NCBI GenBank assembly: GCA_029717555.1
Contig: JAMDHS010000045.1
Location: 1 to 64,000, forward strand
Source of the DNA: Peribolospora baueri
Lineage: Eukaryota
Direction of reading: 5' to 3'
DNA: 64,000 nucleotides
Position numbers and translations under genes: made by a program
The notes under the pieces: generated by a model
Seen by the model: only the letters and a program-made list of their open reading frames with translations
Database searches by the model: none
Told to the model about the DNA's origin: nothing
Shown: one piece after another, positions 50,802-64,000 of the stretch
How the letters are laid out: each line of letters begins with the position of its first letter
Numbering within the stretch: the first letter of the stretch is position 1

Positions 50802-51983
50802 ATGGTCGGTCGTACCCTCACCGCTGCCTTCGTGGCTACCCTCGCCCTCGGCGCCTCCGCCGCCCCCGCTCACTCTGACGGTGGCGCTAAGATCCCCCTC
50901 ACCAAGAAGGGCGACCTCCTCGCGCGCGATGGCACCTTGGACCGCGCCAAGCTCGTCCGCCACATCGACCTGGTCAAGGGCAAGTACGCCCAGATGATGG
51001 CCAACTACGAGAAGAACACGGGCATGCCCCACCCGTCTCGGATCGCTACGAACGGCCCCAGCAAGCGTGCTGGCACTGGTTCTGTCCCTCTCTCTGACCA
51101 GCAGGGCGAGCTTCTGTGGACCGGCTCGACGACCGTCGGCTCCAACACCCAGCAGGTCACCGTCGACTTCGACACCGGCTCCAGCGACACCTTCTTCCAG
51201 CCCAACGTCTACAACCCCTCCTCCAGCTCGGACAGCAAGGACACCAGCCAGACCTTCCAGGTCCAGTACGGTGACGGCAGCCAGGCTTCCGGCGAGGTCT
51301 ACACCGACGACTTTGCCGTCGGCGGTCTTACCGCCAAGAACCAGGAGGTCGGCGATGCCAAGAGCTCTACGCTCACCGGCCCTGACCAGGGTCTCTCCGG
51401 CATGGCTTGGCCCTCTCTGTCCACTTTCCCCTCCAAGAAGCCCTTCTTCAACACGCTCATGGACCAGAAGACCGTTTCCCAGGGCGTGTTCGGCTTCAAG
51501 CTCGCCAAGTCGGGTTCCGCCCTCAACCTCGGCGGCGTCGACTCGAGCGCCTACTCCGGCAGCATCACCTATTCGCCCGTCGACACCTCCCAGGGCTTCT
51601 GGTGGACCTCTGCGTCTGTCAACGGCCAGAAGATCAACGCCATCCTCGACACCGGCACCACTGTCATCGTGGCCCCCACTGCTCAGGCTCAGCAGCTCTT
51701 CTCCTCTCTGAACATCCAGACTCAGTCCGACCAGGGCTCGACCTACGGCACTTTCGACTGCTCGAATCCGCCCAAGGTCACCTTCACCTTCTCGGGCACC
51801 GACTTCACTCTCTCCCCGGACACCACCTCGTACGGCGGTAGCCAGAACGGTCAGTGCCAGACCAGCGTCCAGGGTGCCGACACCGGCATCAACGCCTGGA
51901 TTCTCGGTGATTCTTTCCTCCAGAACGTCTACGCCATCTTCGACTTCGACCAGAGTCGTGTCGGCCTCGCCAAGCAGGCGTGA
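50802..51983 (+). CDS. Secreted pepsin-like aspartic protease (A1), intronless
   Basis: Signal peptide, propeptide ending KR, catalytic DFDTGSSD and ILDTGTT, flap YGDGS, and WILGDSFLQNVYAIFD. TATA-like tataag at ~50668. Confidence 0.97.
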   Translation: MVGRTLTAAFVATLALGASAAPAHSDGGAKIPLTKKGDLLARDGTLDRAKLVRHIDLVKGKYAQMMANYEKNTGMPHPSRIATNGPSKRAGTGSVPLSDQQGELLWTGSTTVGSNTQQVTVDFDTGSSDTFFQPNVYNPSSSSDSKDTSQTFQVQYGDGSQASGEVYTDDFAVGGLTAKNQEVGDAKSSTLTGPDQGLSGMAWPSLSTFPSKKPFFNTLMDQKTVSQGVFGFKLAKSGSALNLGGVDSSAYSGSITYSPVDTSQGFWWTSASVNGQKINAILDTGTTVIVAPTAQAQQLFSSLNIQTQSDQGSTYGTFDCSNPPKVTFTFSGTDFTLSPDTTSYGGSQNGQCQTSVQGADTGINAWILGDSFLQNVYAIFDFDQSRVGLAKQA

Positions 51984-52689
51984 GGGTATTAAACGGATCA
52001 GTCGATGCTTGCGGGACGATCCAGCTTCTGCTTCGCTGTCGTCTGCGCCTAGCTCGCCTCTTTTAGACCTCTTCTCTCTCTTCGTCTTCTTAACGGCCCA
52101 TTGACACGACCATGTTGTGAACGAACCCCCCCCCCCTCTCTTTGGCTCTCGGCTAGGGCCCCCTCCCCCCTTCCACCCCCCTCGAACCCGCACCACCTCC
52201 CCGACCCTCCCTTCCCCCCGACGGACATTTGCACCCCGCGCCTCGTTGCTCCTGCGTCTTCTGACGTTCGCTCTGCTCTGCTTCCTTGCCCCCGCTTGCT
52301 CTCTTCTCGCTGTACCTAGCACCTGCTCTCGCTCGCTGGTAACATAGCTGAGCCCCTTTTTTGTTTATCATAAGACTTGTGTGTGAACTGACTGACTGGT
52401 CTGATCTCTGGTAACGCGACGCGTCTCGATCACCGCTGTCACGCACCGATGTGGTGGTTGTGACCTTCGAGGCCATCGTCCCACTCATGATTGTGTACGG
52501 ATCGGATACCTCACTCTCAGGCGCGATTCGACGCGGCCACAAACGGCTCAATGCAGGAATGTATTTATTTCCCTGAGGAAAGGAAATAGAGCTAGAATGA
52601 AATGGCTACACGTCTGTTATACACTTGTACGGAGCGAGTTCAGGAAACACAACACCGGGCAGGAGGAGTGTGCCTCTACCTCGCGCTAC

Positions 52690-55381
52690 CTACCGTCCCG
52701 CCCCTTCCTCCTTCCCATGTTGACCCCCTGCCACCCCCTCCCCTTCGAAGCGCCTCTTGAAATCGTGCAAAACCTCCTTCATCCTTCCCAATTCGCCGTG
52801 CAATTCCACAAACTCTCCCGACAGCTTCTCCAGTTCCTCATAAGAAAGGGGCTCCGTCGGTTCGTCCGTCTCGCCCGAACTTGAACGCTCTTCCTCGGCA
52901 GAGGAGGATGACGGGGCGTCGACACCAGGCGGCGTCGGTCGCGGCCGCGGCCGCCAGACGAAGGTGGCAGATTCGGCGAGCGCGGCAAAGTACGCGGTCG
53001 AGGAGCTTCCTGGGGCCGGCTCGGGCTCCGGCGACGTTCGGAGCTCGCCCTCTTCTTCGATCTCACCCTCTTCCTCTTCCTTCTGACTCGCTTCGGGTGG
53101 CCGCCTGTGCTGCTGCTCCGCTCGAGCCTCCGCCTTTTCTCTCGCCCGCTGTTCCTCTGCCGCCCTCCACGCCTCCTCAGCCGCCGCCGCTTCCACTCTC
53201 TCCATCTCTTCCCGCCTCGCCAAGACCAAATCCTCTTCCAGCCTCTTCTGCTCCCCTTTCAGCCGACGATCCAACTTTTCGTACTCTACGTACTTCTCCC
53301 GGAAGCGCTTCCTCAACCGGTTGAAGTCGTCCACGTTGCGCACGTCGCCCCAGGGCTCCTTGGAATACGTCGAACCTGCGCCGGTGGGACGATGTTGGGC
53401 CTGCGGTGGCGGCCTTGCGGCAGCGGTCGCGGCCGCGTGCGAGTCGGGCGGCCGGGAGGCGGATGCAGAACGAGAGGAACCGGCGTCCCCCGCCCCTCGT
53501 CTCAGACTCGAGGACGCCAATGATGATCGAGCCTTTTTAGAAATTCTGGTTGCCATCGCCTCGCTAGGCGTCAAAGACGAAGAGTCGGAAGCGCTCGCAT
53601 CTCCGGCGGCAGCAGCTTCGCTCTTGCGCTTCTTCTTGTTCTTGTCCGAACTGGACGCCTTCGGCGAGCGCAGGAGATTGCGCTGAGCGAGAGGCACGTC
53701 CGGTTCCGACTCGGAATGCTCAACGTTCGGACGTGGTCGCCGTTTCTCCGCCGCCTGTTTCGGTTCCAAGCGAGTCTTGTCAGACGTTGCCACGGCCGCA
53801 GGCGCATTGAAGCCGGCCGATGGCTTCGATTTCAGCCCGATCTGACCGACGGCGGGCTGAGTATGGGCAGCGGGGACCATCTCCTCCGTCCGTCGCGACC
53901 TACGCTCGTCTGTTTGGGCGTCCACTGGCGCCTTTGAGCCTTCCTTCTCTTTGTCCTTCACCTTGCTCTTGGCCTTTATTGCAGGAGAAGGCGCTCTTCC
54001 CTTGGCCGCTCTTCTGATCCGCTCCAGCGCCTTGGCCCTCTCCGACTTGGGCGCTTTTGAGGCTTTCTTGGGAGCTGAAGAAGACAGACAAGGTTCGCCG
54101 TCATCCTCGTCGCCGTCGCTCGGATCGACCGCTCTCTCTCCCTTGTCTCGGCTGAGACTCGATAAAGACGTCGAATTGGTGACATCCGCGTTGGAGCGAT
54201 GGACGTCGGCTTTCTCGTCCACGAAATTCAGCCAAACAGGATCATCGGGTTCAAGGCCGAGCTCCTGGAACGCTTTGATCGCGTTGGCTACGGCTTGCTG
54301 GCGCTCACGTGGCGCGTATACCTTCCAGTGCGGGTCGACTTCCAGAAATGCATCCGCCTTAAGGCAATAACGGACGGCGGGCCCGGTCGAAAGGGATGGG
54401 ATGGGTGCAGAAGCGGCGCGACGGCCCTCGCGCCCGGCGTGAGTGTCCCTCGCACTCGAGGGATCCACGCGCGCGACGTCCTTGAGGACTTCCGTTACCG
54501 CTGCGTCTTGGCTGCCTGTCCTTTTGACGATTTCACTTCTCGGAGCAGGTCCTTTGGCCAAGTATTGGATGATGCGTTTGCGGAGAGGCGCGACATCAGG
54601 CTCTCCTTGCGAAGGGGTGGAGGAAGACGTTGTTGCGGCGAGAGGAGATGTCTGAGGCGTCGGTGCGGATGACTTGATAGCTGATTTAGCCGGCGTGGAC
54701 AGACGTGAATGGAGTTGTCCTACGGTGGAATCGTCGTTTGAAAGGTCAGAGCGAACTCCCCAGTCAAGCTCGTGCAAGCCATGTTCGAACACCCCCCGGA
54801 GACTGTACGACTCGGATTCAATCAACAGGCTCTTCTCCGCCAGGAAAGGCACGATGGAGTAAAAAGACGAGGCCCGCTTGGTCAATACAAGCATGCGTAG
54901 ATAGAGACGGGCGAGCACAAGCATCAGCCGGTCATGAACCAAGGAACGCGACGCTCACTGGCTGCTCGCCTTTCTCCAACCGCAACTTCATAACAATCGG
55001 CGAACGCCCTGCTCTCCGCGACCTGGCTCCGCGGGATCCCTCTTTCTCCTCCACGATGTCCTGTAGATGACTGAGGGCTTGATGAGGCAGCTTGACGTGC
55101 ATAGCAAAACGTCGGGACCGGGAGGCGCCGGGAGGGAGTGCTGCAGAGGCCGACGGCTCTCCACGTTGGGAGAAGTCAGAAGAAGGACCACCGAGACGGA
55201 CGGGTCCAGGCGAGTGGTCTCTGTCGGCATTCGCGTTGTAGCCAGCTGATCGAGAAGGCGCAGACATCTCGTAGTCTTCTCGAGACGGTGGCGGTTGTCC
55301 TGGGAAGGCTCGTGGGGGAGGTGTGCCGTCGGCAGGGGATCGGTGCCGGCGAGCTGATCCTTGGAAAACAGAGCGGGTCAT
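52690..55381 (-). CDS. RNA polymerase II elongation factor ELL-like protein
   Basis: ELL central domain pattern LRKRIIQYLAKGP...VLKDVA...YCLKADAFLEVDPHWKVYAPRERQ. Occludin/ELL-like C-terminus VRNVDDFNRLRKRFREKYVEYEKL...FVELHGELGRMKEVL. One intron at ~54957-54842; start uncertain. Confidence 0.7.
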
Positions 55382-55664
55382 ATCAACAAGGGCCCTGCAG
55401 CCCTGTAGCGTTGAGGGCCAGAACGGAGGTGGTGGAGGGAAACAAAAGACGAGAAAGGGCGAGCTCGTGATTCGGCCAGGAAAGTTATTCCGATCAGACA
55501 AGGGAACCGTCAGTGCCCGCCGCGGCCGCAGCAGGTGTGATCATATTGCATCGCCTCGTGCTCGTCCTCTTCTCCCTCACCAACCCGCTCCTCATCCCAG
55601 CTAGGGCCGACAAAGAGAAGAGAGAAAAAAAGGGAGCTCAGAGTAGAAAGGAGCACCGCGCAAC

Positions 55665-56590
55665 ATGTCTTTCGCTGATTTCGCCTCTCGCCCAGGGCAG
55701 ATGGACCTCGAGGCGCTAATCAAAATACACACGGTGCGTCCTTGAGATCCCAGGACGTAAACATATCGGCACGGCGCCTCTTGTCGCTCGCCCCTACTGA
55801 CGAAATCTTACTACTCCGTCTCTGCATCATGCCGTATTTCTCTCGCTGCCATTCCTTCCCGGTGCGTCCCAGACCGTTGCCGCCGCGTCTGCGCCGTTCG
55901 CTTCGCCGTGGTGGAACCTACCGATCTTCCTATTCGGCTACGCCGCCTACGACCGAACGGAGAGCAACGACCCATTGAGACTGGTAAGCCGCCCTTCCCC
56001 TCCCGCCCATATCAACTTTCGTCTCCTCTCTACGCAACCCGGAGCCTGACCGAGGTGTGATTGCCGCACTCTGCTGACGCCCGTGCCTTTTCCGCATTCG
56101 CTCGTTGCGCACCTCTCCACCCCCTCCATCCTTCACGCAGTTCCTTCCTATCCTCGTCTTCTCAATCCCGCTAGACCTAATCTTCTTCTATAACACCAGG
56201 AGCCCACGCAATATTGGGGGATGGCTCCTATGGATCATCTACGTCAACAACATGGGCCTCAAGTTCGTCACCATGCGCGCGACGGTCGCGTCTCTCTCTC
56301 GCAGGGGAGCCGAGCCCGGCCGCATTGGTGGATGGGTCGATGCCGCGACGGGACAATTCCGTGGAGGCGGCTTCGGCAGCGGCGGCCAGGGTGCGTTCAT
56401 GCCTGGAGGTTACCAGGACGTGCCCGACCTCGAGGACCAAGTGCACGCTCCTCCGGCCGTCCCTGCCGGCCCAGCCCCACCGTTTCAGTCGGCTCCTCCC
56501 GCTGCTGCGACGGTCGCCACCCATACGCCTGCCCCACCCGCCCACCCCGCGCCCAGTGGGGTGACAGGCGGTTATCATACCCTAGAGTGA
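55665..56590 (+). CDS. Small multi-pass membrane protein, AGTRAP-like
   Basis: Three exons splice to MSFADFASRPGQMDLEALIKIHTTVAAASAPFASPWWNLPIFLFGYAAYDRTESNDPLRLFLPILVFSIPLDLIFF...MGLKFVT...SRRGA, plus a Pro-rich tail with YQDV and YHTL. Confidence 0.7.
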
Positions 56591-56941
56591 GCCAGTGCTG
56601 GCCACCTTATTAGTCTGTACGTGTCGAATCAAGCCAACACGGCTACTTTTGTAAATGGAAAGAAGAAGAACGCTTGGATGTCTCGCCTTTCCTGTTGGGC
56701 GGCCTTGGAAGTCGAAAAAGACTTCCGCACGGATAAGGGCTGTGGTTATACCCTGAGGTCTCGACAGTGCGTCCATCGACCTCACTGGCCGGAAAAAGCA
56801 GGGAGATGCGTAGGAACGGAGATGCGTAGGAACGGAGGGAACGGTAGAATACTAAGATTCCTTCACACCCCTTCAAACGAGGCCGTGGCCGTTTGTACAA
56901 TTGGACTCCTTTGCACATCCGTCCCAGATTTCCGCGACCGC

Positions 56942-58053
56942 TTACTCGTCCTTCTTGCCACCGGCCTTTTCGGCTTCCTTGATCGAAGCCTTATCCGTGG
57001 CGGGGTCAGAGGTATTACCTGACACGTGAAGGCGAAAAGAGGTTGTCGGAAATTCACAGGTCAGAAAGGCTGGATTCCCATGGACGAGTGACAACCTTTC
57101 AATCGAGGTCAAAGGTCGACTCACCGAAGAGGCCGCCCGCCTTGAAAGGCCGCTTGAGGTCGCCCGTGGCAGGCTTCTTCCAGAGGTAAAGCTGGGCGGG
57201 CTTGGATTCGAGCGCGTTCTTGAAAGGCAAGATGGCCTGGATGACGAGCGGGTTGGTGTAGCCGAGATAGAGGTGCATGAAGCCGACCATGAGCACGCCA
57301 ATGAGCACGCCGCGCATCGCCTTGGAAGTCTCGGTCAAGTCGTAGTCCTTGTGTGTCGTCGTCACCAGTTGGCCGGGCTCTTGGGACTACGGGGAAGACA
57401 GGAGGGTAATTGAGCTCGAGACTCAAATGTCGACGGGGCCGCTCCGACGGTAGCTAAAAAAGTTGTATAGGCTTGTGACTCACCATCGGGCTCTTGGGCT
57501 CGACATATTTGAGCACGGTCAGGTCGTTCTTCTTCTTGATCTGTAAAACGAGCCGACATGTCACGTACGATATTAGGTGACAATGTCACGACCATTTTGG
57601 AGCGTCCCTGACCCCATTCGTTCCGCCACCATCGCACGCACGACTCACCTGCTGGCTGATCCAGAAGAAGAGCACCAAGCTAGCGAGCTGGGAGGTGACG
57701 TACGCGATTCGAACGTACATCAAAATCTCGGGCTGGTCCATCGGGATGCGTTTGGCGACTAGATCGTACCGGCACGTGGACGCAGCGGTGCACAGAAGTG
57801 GGAAATACCAGATGCCAGACGGGCGACCATAACCCTGTGTTCAGTGCGCTCCCTTCGAGAGTGAGAGCCATAACAGAAGATAGAAACAAGAAAAAAGCCT
57901 CACCCTGCATGGCGCCAAACATGATGGCCATGTTGGTAACCTGGTAGCAGGTATTGAAAAGAAAGATGTCATTATTAGCAATCTATTGTACCTTTTTGTG
58001 TACGTCGAAGGACCATGTCCCGCATGGATGACCCAGCTCACCTGAGCGTTCAT
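56942..58053 (-). CDS. PHO88: Pho88/Snd3 ER targeting protein
   Basis: MNAQVTNMAIMFGAMQVAKRIP, IKKKNDLTVLKYVEP, TTHKDYDL, MVGFMHLYLGYTNPLVIQ, KPATGDLKRPFK, TDKASIKEAEKAG. Confidence 0.96.
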
Positions 58054-58366
58054 GTTGGCAAACTGCGTCAGAGCAGCGTCTAGTCAAAAGAGCGCAAGAG
58101 GGAAGATGAAGTCGGATGGGAGACGAAGCCAACCCTGAGGGTGGGTGGACAATGGTGGTGGCGGGGTCGGCGGAGGTGGAATCGGCGTCGACTGGAAGAA
58201 ACCAATCTCCAGCTGGCCGGGCCGGGTCAGCCACGTGGCGTTCTTCTGCCGCAGCGGGCGACCGGCTAGGAACCGGGGCGAGTTTCTATGCTCGCCTTTC
58301 GAGGACGTCTGACCATTTAAGAAAGGACCTGCGACGGCGTGCGACGACGTGACCCCCGCAAGCGAC

Positions 58367-59386
58367 ATGCCGGCCGAGTTCGCCTCGCAGGCCTACTGGG
58401 ACAAGCGTTTTGACTCGGAAGATCGCTTCGAGTGGCTCGGCGACGGCGTGAGCACGCTCTTGCCTCTGCTCGTGTCGTTCCTGTGCAGGTGGCATTCGGG
58501 AAGCGATGCACACGGCGAGCCGGATTTGCAGGGAGTGGAGGGTGAGCGTTCGACAGATGTGCCTCCGCGGTTATTGCACATTGGCGCCGGGACTTCGACG
58601 CTGCACCGATCCATCCTGGAGGCGTACGAGGAGCGCTTTGGCCAAGGAGAATGTTGCTGGGCCGAGGAGGCGGAGAGCTCGATCGTCAATGTGGACTTCT
58701 CTGAGTCGGCGGTGTTGAAAGGTCAGCAGGCAGTGGAAGAGGAAGGCAAGAGGAAGAGCTGGTTGGGATTGGTATCTTGGGCACAGGCAGATCTGCTTCA
58801 CTGGGCGGACGTGGAGAGCTTGCTTTACGTCCGTACCCGCAAGGATGACAGGCCACAAAGAGAGCTGTTCCACATCGTCATCGACAAGAGCACGTCGGAT
58901 GCTATATCTTGTGGCGAGGACGTCGTCTTCTCCGGCGCGTCAGCGCCGTCGCTGTCTTCCCAGTCGACCGTCCGACAACGTTGCTCGATCGTTGAGGCGT
59001 TCCTTTCCGACGAGGAAGCGGTCACCCAGCCGAAAAGCTCATCCTCTCCGAGCCTGTGCCTCCCTCCGGTCCAACTCCTCGCCCTCCACCTCGCAGAAGT
59101 CGTCGGACCGGGCGGGGTATGGATTTGTATGAGCTATTCGTCTGCTCGCTTCGACTTTCTCTCAGTTACGAACGGCAAGGCATCCAGCGGCAGGACCGGA
59201 GGCAATCGAGGCGTACCGGACCCGGGCACGTTTTGGACGCTAGAAAGCGTCCAGCCAGTGGAAGCGCCTTCGGGACAACATAGAGAGGGGGTGCACGCTC
59301 CACCCGTGTGTCATTACGTCTACGTACTGCGGAGGACTTTTCGCGCGTCCGGCCGGCCGGTCGTGCAATGCAAGGGAGAACCCTGA
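58367..59386 (+). CDS. Class I SAM-dependent methyltransferase (EEF1AKMT4/METTL13-N-like), intronless
   Basis: FASQAYWDKRF...FEWL, motif I LLHIGAGTSTL, NVDFS, VIDKSTSDAI, PGGVWICMSYS. Confidence 0.85.
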   Translation: MPAEFASQAYWDKRFDSEDRFEWLGDGVSTLLPLLVSFLCRWHSGSDAHGEPDLQGVEGERSTDVPPRLLHIGAGTSTLHRSILEAYEERFGQGECCWAEEAESSIVNVDFSESAVLKGQQAVEEEGKRKSWLGLVSWAQADLLHWADVESLLYVRTRKDDRPQRELFHIVIDKSTSDAISCGEDVVFSGASAPSLSSQSTVRQRCSIVEAFLSDEEAVTQPKSSSSPSLCLPPVQLLALHLAEVVGPGGVWICMSYSSARFDFLSVTNGKASSGRTGGNRGVPDPGTFWTLESVQPVEAPSGQHREGVHAPPVCHYVYVLRRTFRASGRPVVQCKGEP

Positions 59387-59507
59387 AGGCGCGTGAGGAA
59401 GAAGATGGAGTCAGTCGAATCTAATCTCACCGCGTTCCGACGCGATTGCCTTCTACGCTGCCATCGTGACGGTCCGTCCAATTTCAGTTCGACCGATCTA
59501 ACGAGCT

Positions 59508-61756
<2,249 letters not shown>

Positions 61757-62556
61757 GGTCAACGTGAAGAAGTGGGAGGACGCGGAGCGAGACGTCCGTC
61801 TAGGGCTTTCTGAGTCTGTGTCTAGGAAGAGAAGTGTGCGAGGACCGAGTGTGGACGGACGACAACTTGGTTCTAATATAATGGCGAGAGGAGCGGCGGC
61901 GTCGGCTCGGCCACCCCCGCATGGACCCCACACCGACGGCAGATCCTTGCCACCACCGTTCCGCGTCTGCCGGGGCGCGTATGGGAGAGGCAGACGCCGA
62001 TGGAACGCTCGGCTGGAGAAAAAGTCAATGTCCGGTGTTGCGTCCGCCCGTCGACGTTGTTAACGTAGTACAAGAACGAGGAGGAGCGTCGTCGCTTCGC
62101 TTCACGTCCCTTCCCATCGGCCACCAACCCGCCGGCCGCAGTCTCCGAATGCGCACCCCGCTGATCTCCCACGAGCCGTTTTCATTACCTGCACAGGGAA
62201 CCAGAGAGATTTTGATACCGCCTGGATAGCATACATTTCAGAAGGGGAGAAAAGAAGAAAACGAGTCGGGGAAATAAAGACGACGGTGGAACACGCAGGA
62301 ATCCGTAATTCGTCCGAAAACGGGGACAAAGGCAAATGGGAATAGAACACGGTTAACCGTGTGGAGCCGGCGGCGCGGGGGCGAGGGAGGGTAGGTCAGA
62401 ACGGTCACAGAAGAGGAGGGCGATGAAATGCGGTGAGAGCGGCAGAGAAGGGTGCCTCCGCTGAAAGCGAACTATCAGCGGTTGAGACGCTAGGAAAGAG
62501 TGAAAAAGAAAGAGAGGCTGAGGGAGAAGGACGTGAAGGTTACGTGCTCCGGGGCC

Positions 62557-64000
62557 TCAGTTACCCCTGCCTTGCAAGAACCTCGACGGCCGTCGGGGGG
62601 AATCCCGCTGGGAGGCCATAGAGGGCGCAGGTGACAGGTTCGAGGGGGGGCTCCACTCCAAGCGGAGGTGTACCTGCCCGCTTCCGTGGCCGGAAAGTTC
62701 AATCCAGACGTCGGTCTTGGTGACAGGGTGAGGAGCGAGCGGCATGACGTGCTGCCAGACGTTGACGTCCGCATCGCCAAGGTTCTATGATCGCGAGCAG
62801 GCATGAGAAGAAGACGAAAAGACGAATTAGAACAACAAAAAGCGCGGTTGAGAGAGGTCGCGCAGAAAGGAGCGGGTACGTCTTCTTCTCTCTCTCACCT
62901 TGTCGCTGCCGAACGTGTGATGATCGAAAACGCCAAGTTTGATGACGAGTGGCTCCCTGGCCGTCTTGATGGAGAACGTGTCGTTGAACTCTGGTGCGAC
63001 CGTCTTCTTGACCACCTTCGTCTTCGCCACTTCCTTCTTGCCGACGTGCGCCTCGATGTAGACGTCGTGTTCCTCCCCTCCGCCGACGTCCTTGGCGCCA
63101 AGGATGGTACACATGAGACTGCCCTCCGCACCCAGTGCCGACGCAGCGGTGGGGTCCATGGGGAGGGCCTTTTCGGTGCTGGACGCGCCGGCCGGCATGG
63201 CACTGTTGACAGAAGTGACGGGCTCGCCGCCGACGGCGGCGGAGGACACCTGCGTGGCCGACATGTTCTCCGGCACGTTTTCCAAGTGGGAGGACGAATG
63301 ATTGGACCTGATCCGACCAAAGACGCCTCCGACGCCGCGTCCCACCGTGCCGACGCCCTTGACCACGCCCTTGCCCGCACCGCCCACGAGACCGGCACCG
63401 GCACCCACGCTTTGTCCGACAAAACCGGCGCCAGCACCGATCCCCTGCGTGAACGTCCGACCGAGGCTGGTGCCTTTGCGAACGGAACGGACAAACTCTG
63501 GGCGGAAGACGTACCGCAGGCGCACCTCGCCGGCCTCCCTGTCCTTGTAAATCACCGTGGCCGTTTGCTCGAACGGCTCGAACGGTTCGAGCTCGGCCAG
63601 GCTGAGCTTGACATGACCGAGCTTGTCGGGCTGGCCCACCTGATCCCAGTCGAAGAGCTCGATCTCAAAGTCCGCTTTGACCCGGTTCGGCTGCGCGCGT
63701 TTGTTCGATGTCAGCGAGGACGTAAAGGAGGCCAAAAAAACCCACGAACAGACTCACCACATCGGTCTCAAAGTTCTCGTTCCAAGTCGGGTTGAGAGTC
63801 TTCTTGACCACCTGCGATTTGAAGACCTTGCGACCGTTGAGGACGAAGACGGCGTACGGGTCAGACTTGCCCGACCGGTCGGCAGCGCGGAGGCCCTTGG
63901 CGTCGAGGAGATCGACGCGAAGGATGCCCTGGTTGTTGACGCTCTCGATGGGCTCGATGTAGACTTCGCAAGGGATGTACTTGCACGCAATGGTCACCGT
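62557..64000 (-). CDS. 3' part of a tricalbin (extended-synaptotagmin-like multi-C2 protein)
   Basis: ESVNNQGILRVDLLDAKGLRAADRSGKSDPY...KSQVVKKTLNPTWNENF; IELFDWDQVG; Gly-rich segment; final C2 domain; stop at 62557-62559. 5' part lies outside the window. Confidence 0.92.

Noticed and set aside
50655..52322. 555-aa antisense ORF over the aspartic protease (and similar ones over tricalbin and the VAO-like gene)
   Set aside because: Expected shadow ORFs from strong GC3 codon bias.
56802..56837. 16-bp tandem duplication GGAGATGCGTAGGAAC between converging genes
   Set aside because: Only two copies with no spacers; ordinary slippage, not an array.

Overview
Eukaryotic, GC-rich fungal DNA with many short GT-AG introns (gtgagt/gtgagc donors, ctgac/ctaac branch sites). 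It is most consistent with a basidiomycete, probably an intron-rich Ustilaginomycotina species (inference). I find about 21 protein-coding loci: a Mug190-like SMP/C2 protein, Urb2, a GPI-type PEBP, prolyl oligopeptidase, GatC/GatF, a GDSL esterase, a Cep57-like protein, a UBL membrane protein, a NAP histone chaperone, Prp17, a coiled-coil protein with SxIP motifs, KNL1/Spc105, an aspartic protease, ELL, an AGTRAP-like protein, Pho88, a methyltransferase, a partial tricalbin, a partial hypothetical gene, a disabled vanillyl-alcohol-oxidase-family gene, and the peptide gene described below. Two things stand out. (1) A non-genic island at about 23.3-25.35 kb holds a ~236-bp-arm near-perfect inverted duplication built from a decayed PIF/Harbinger transposase fragment, plus a separate 133-nt pre-miRNA-sized hairpin; this is a candidate natural hairpin-RNA (transposon-killer or milRNA) locus. 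(2) A spliced gene at 32.4-32.6 kb, easily missed by annotation, encodes a 44-aa secreted peptide (signal peptide, X-Pro/X-Ala pro-region, C-terminal KEDWGPSCCSW) under a long microsatellite-rich upstream region. All family calls come from motif recognition by eye; no searches were run and exon boundaries are manual.
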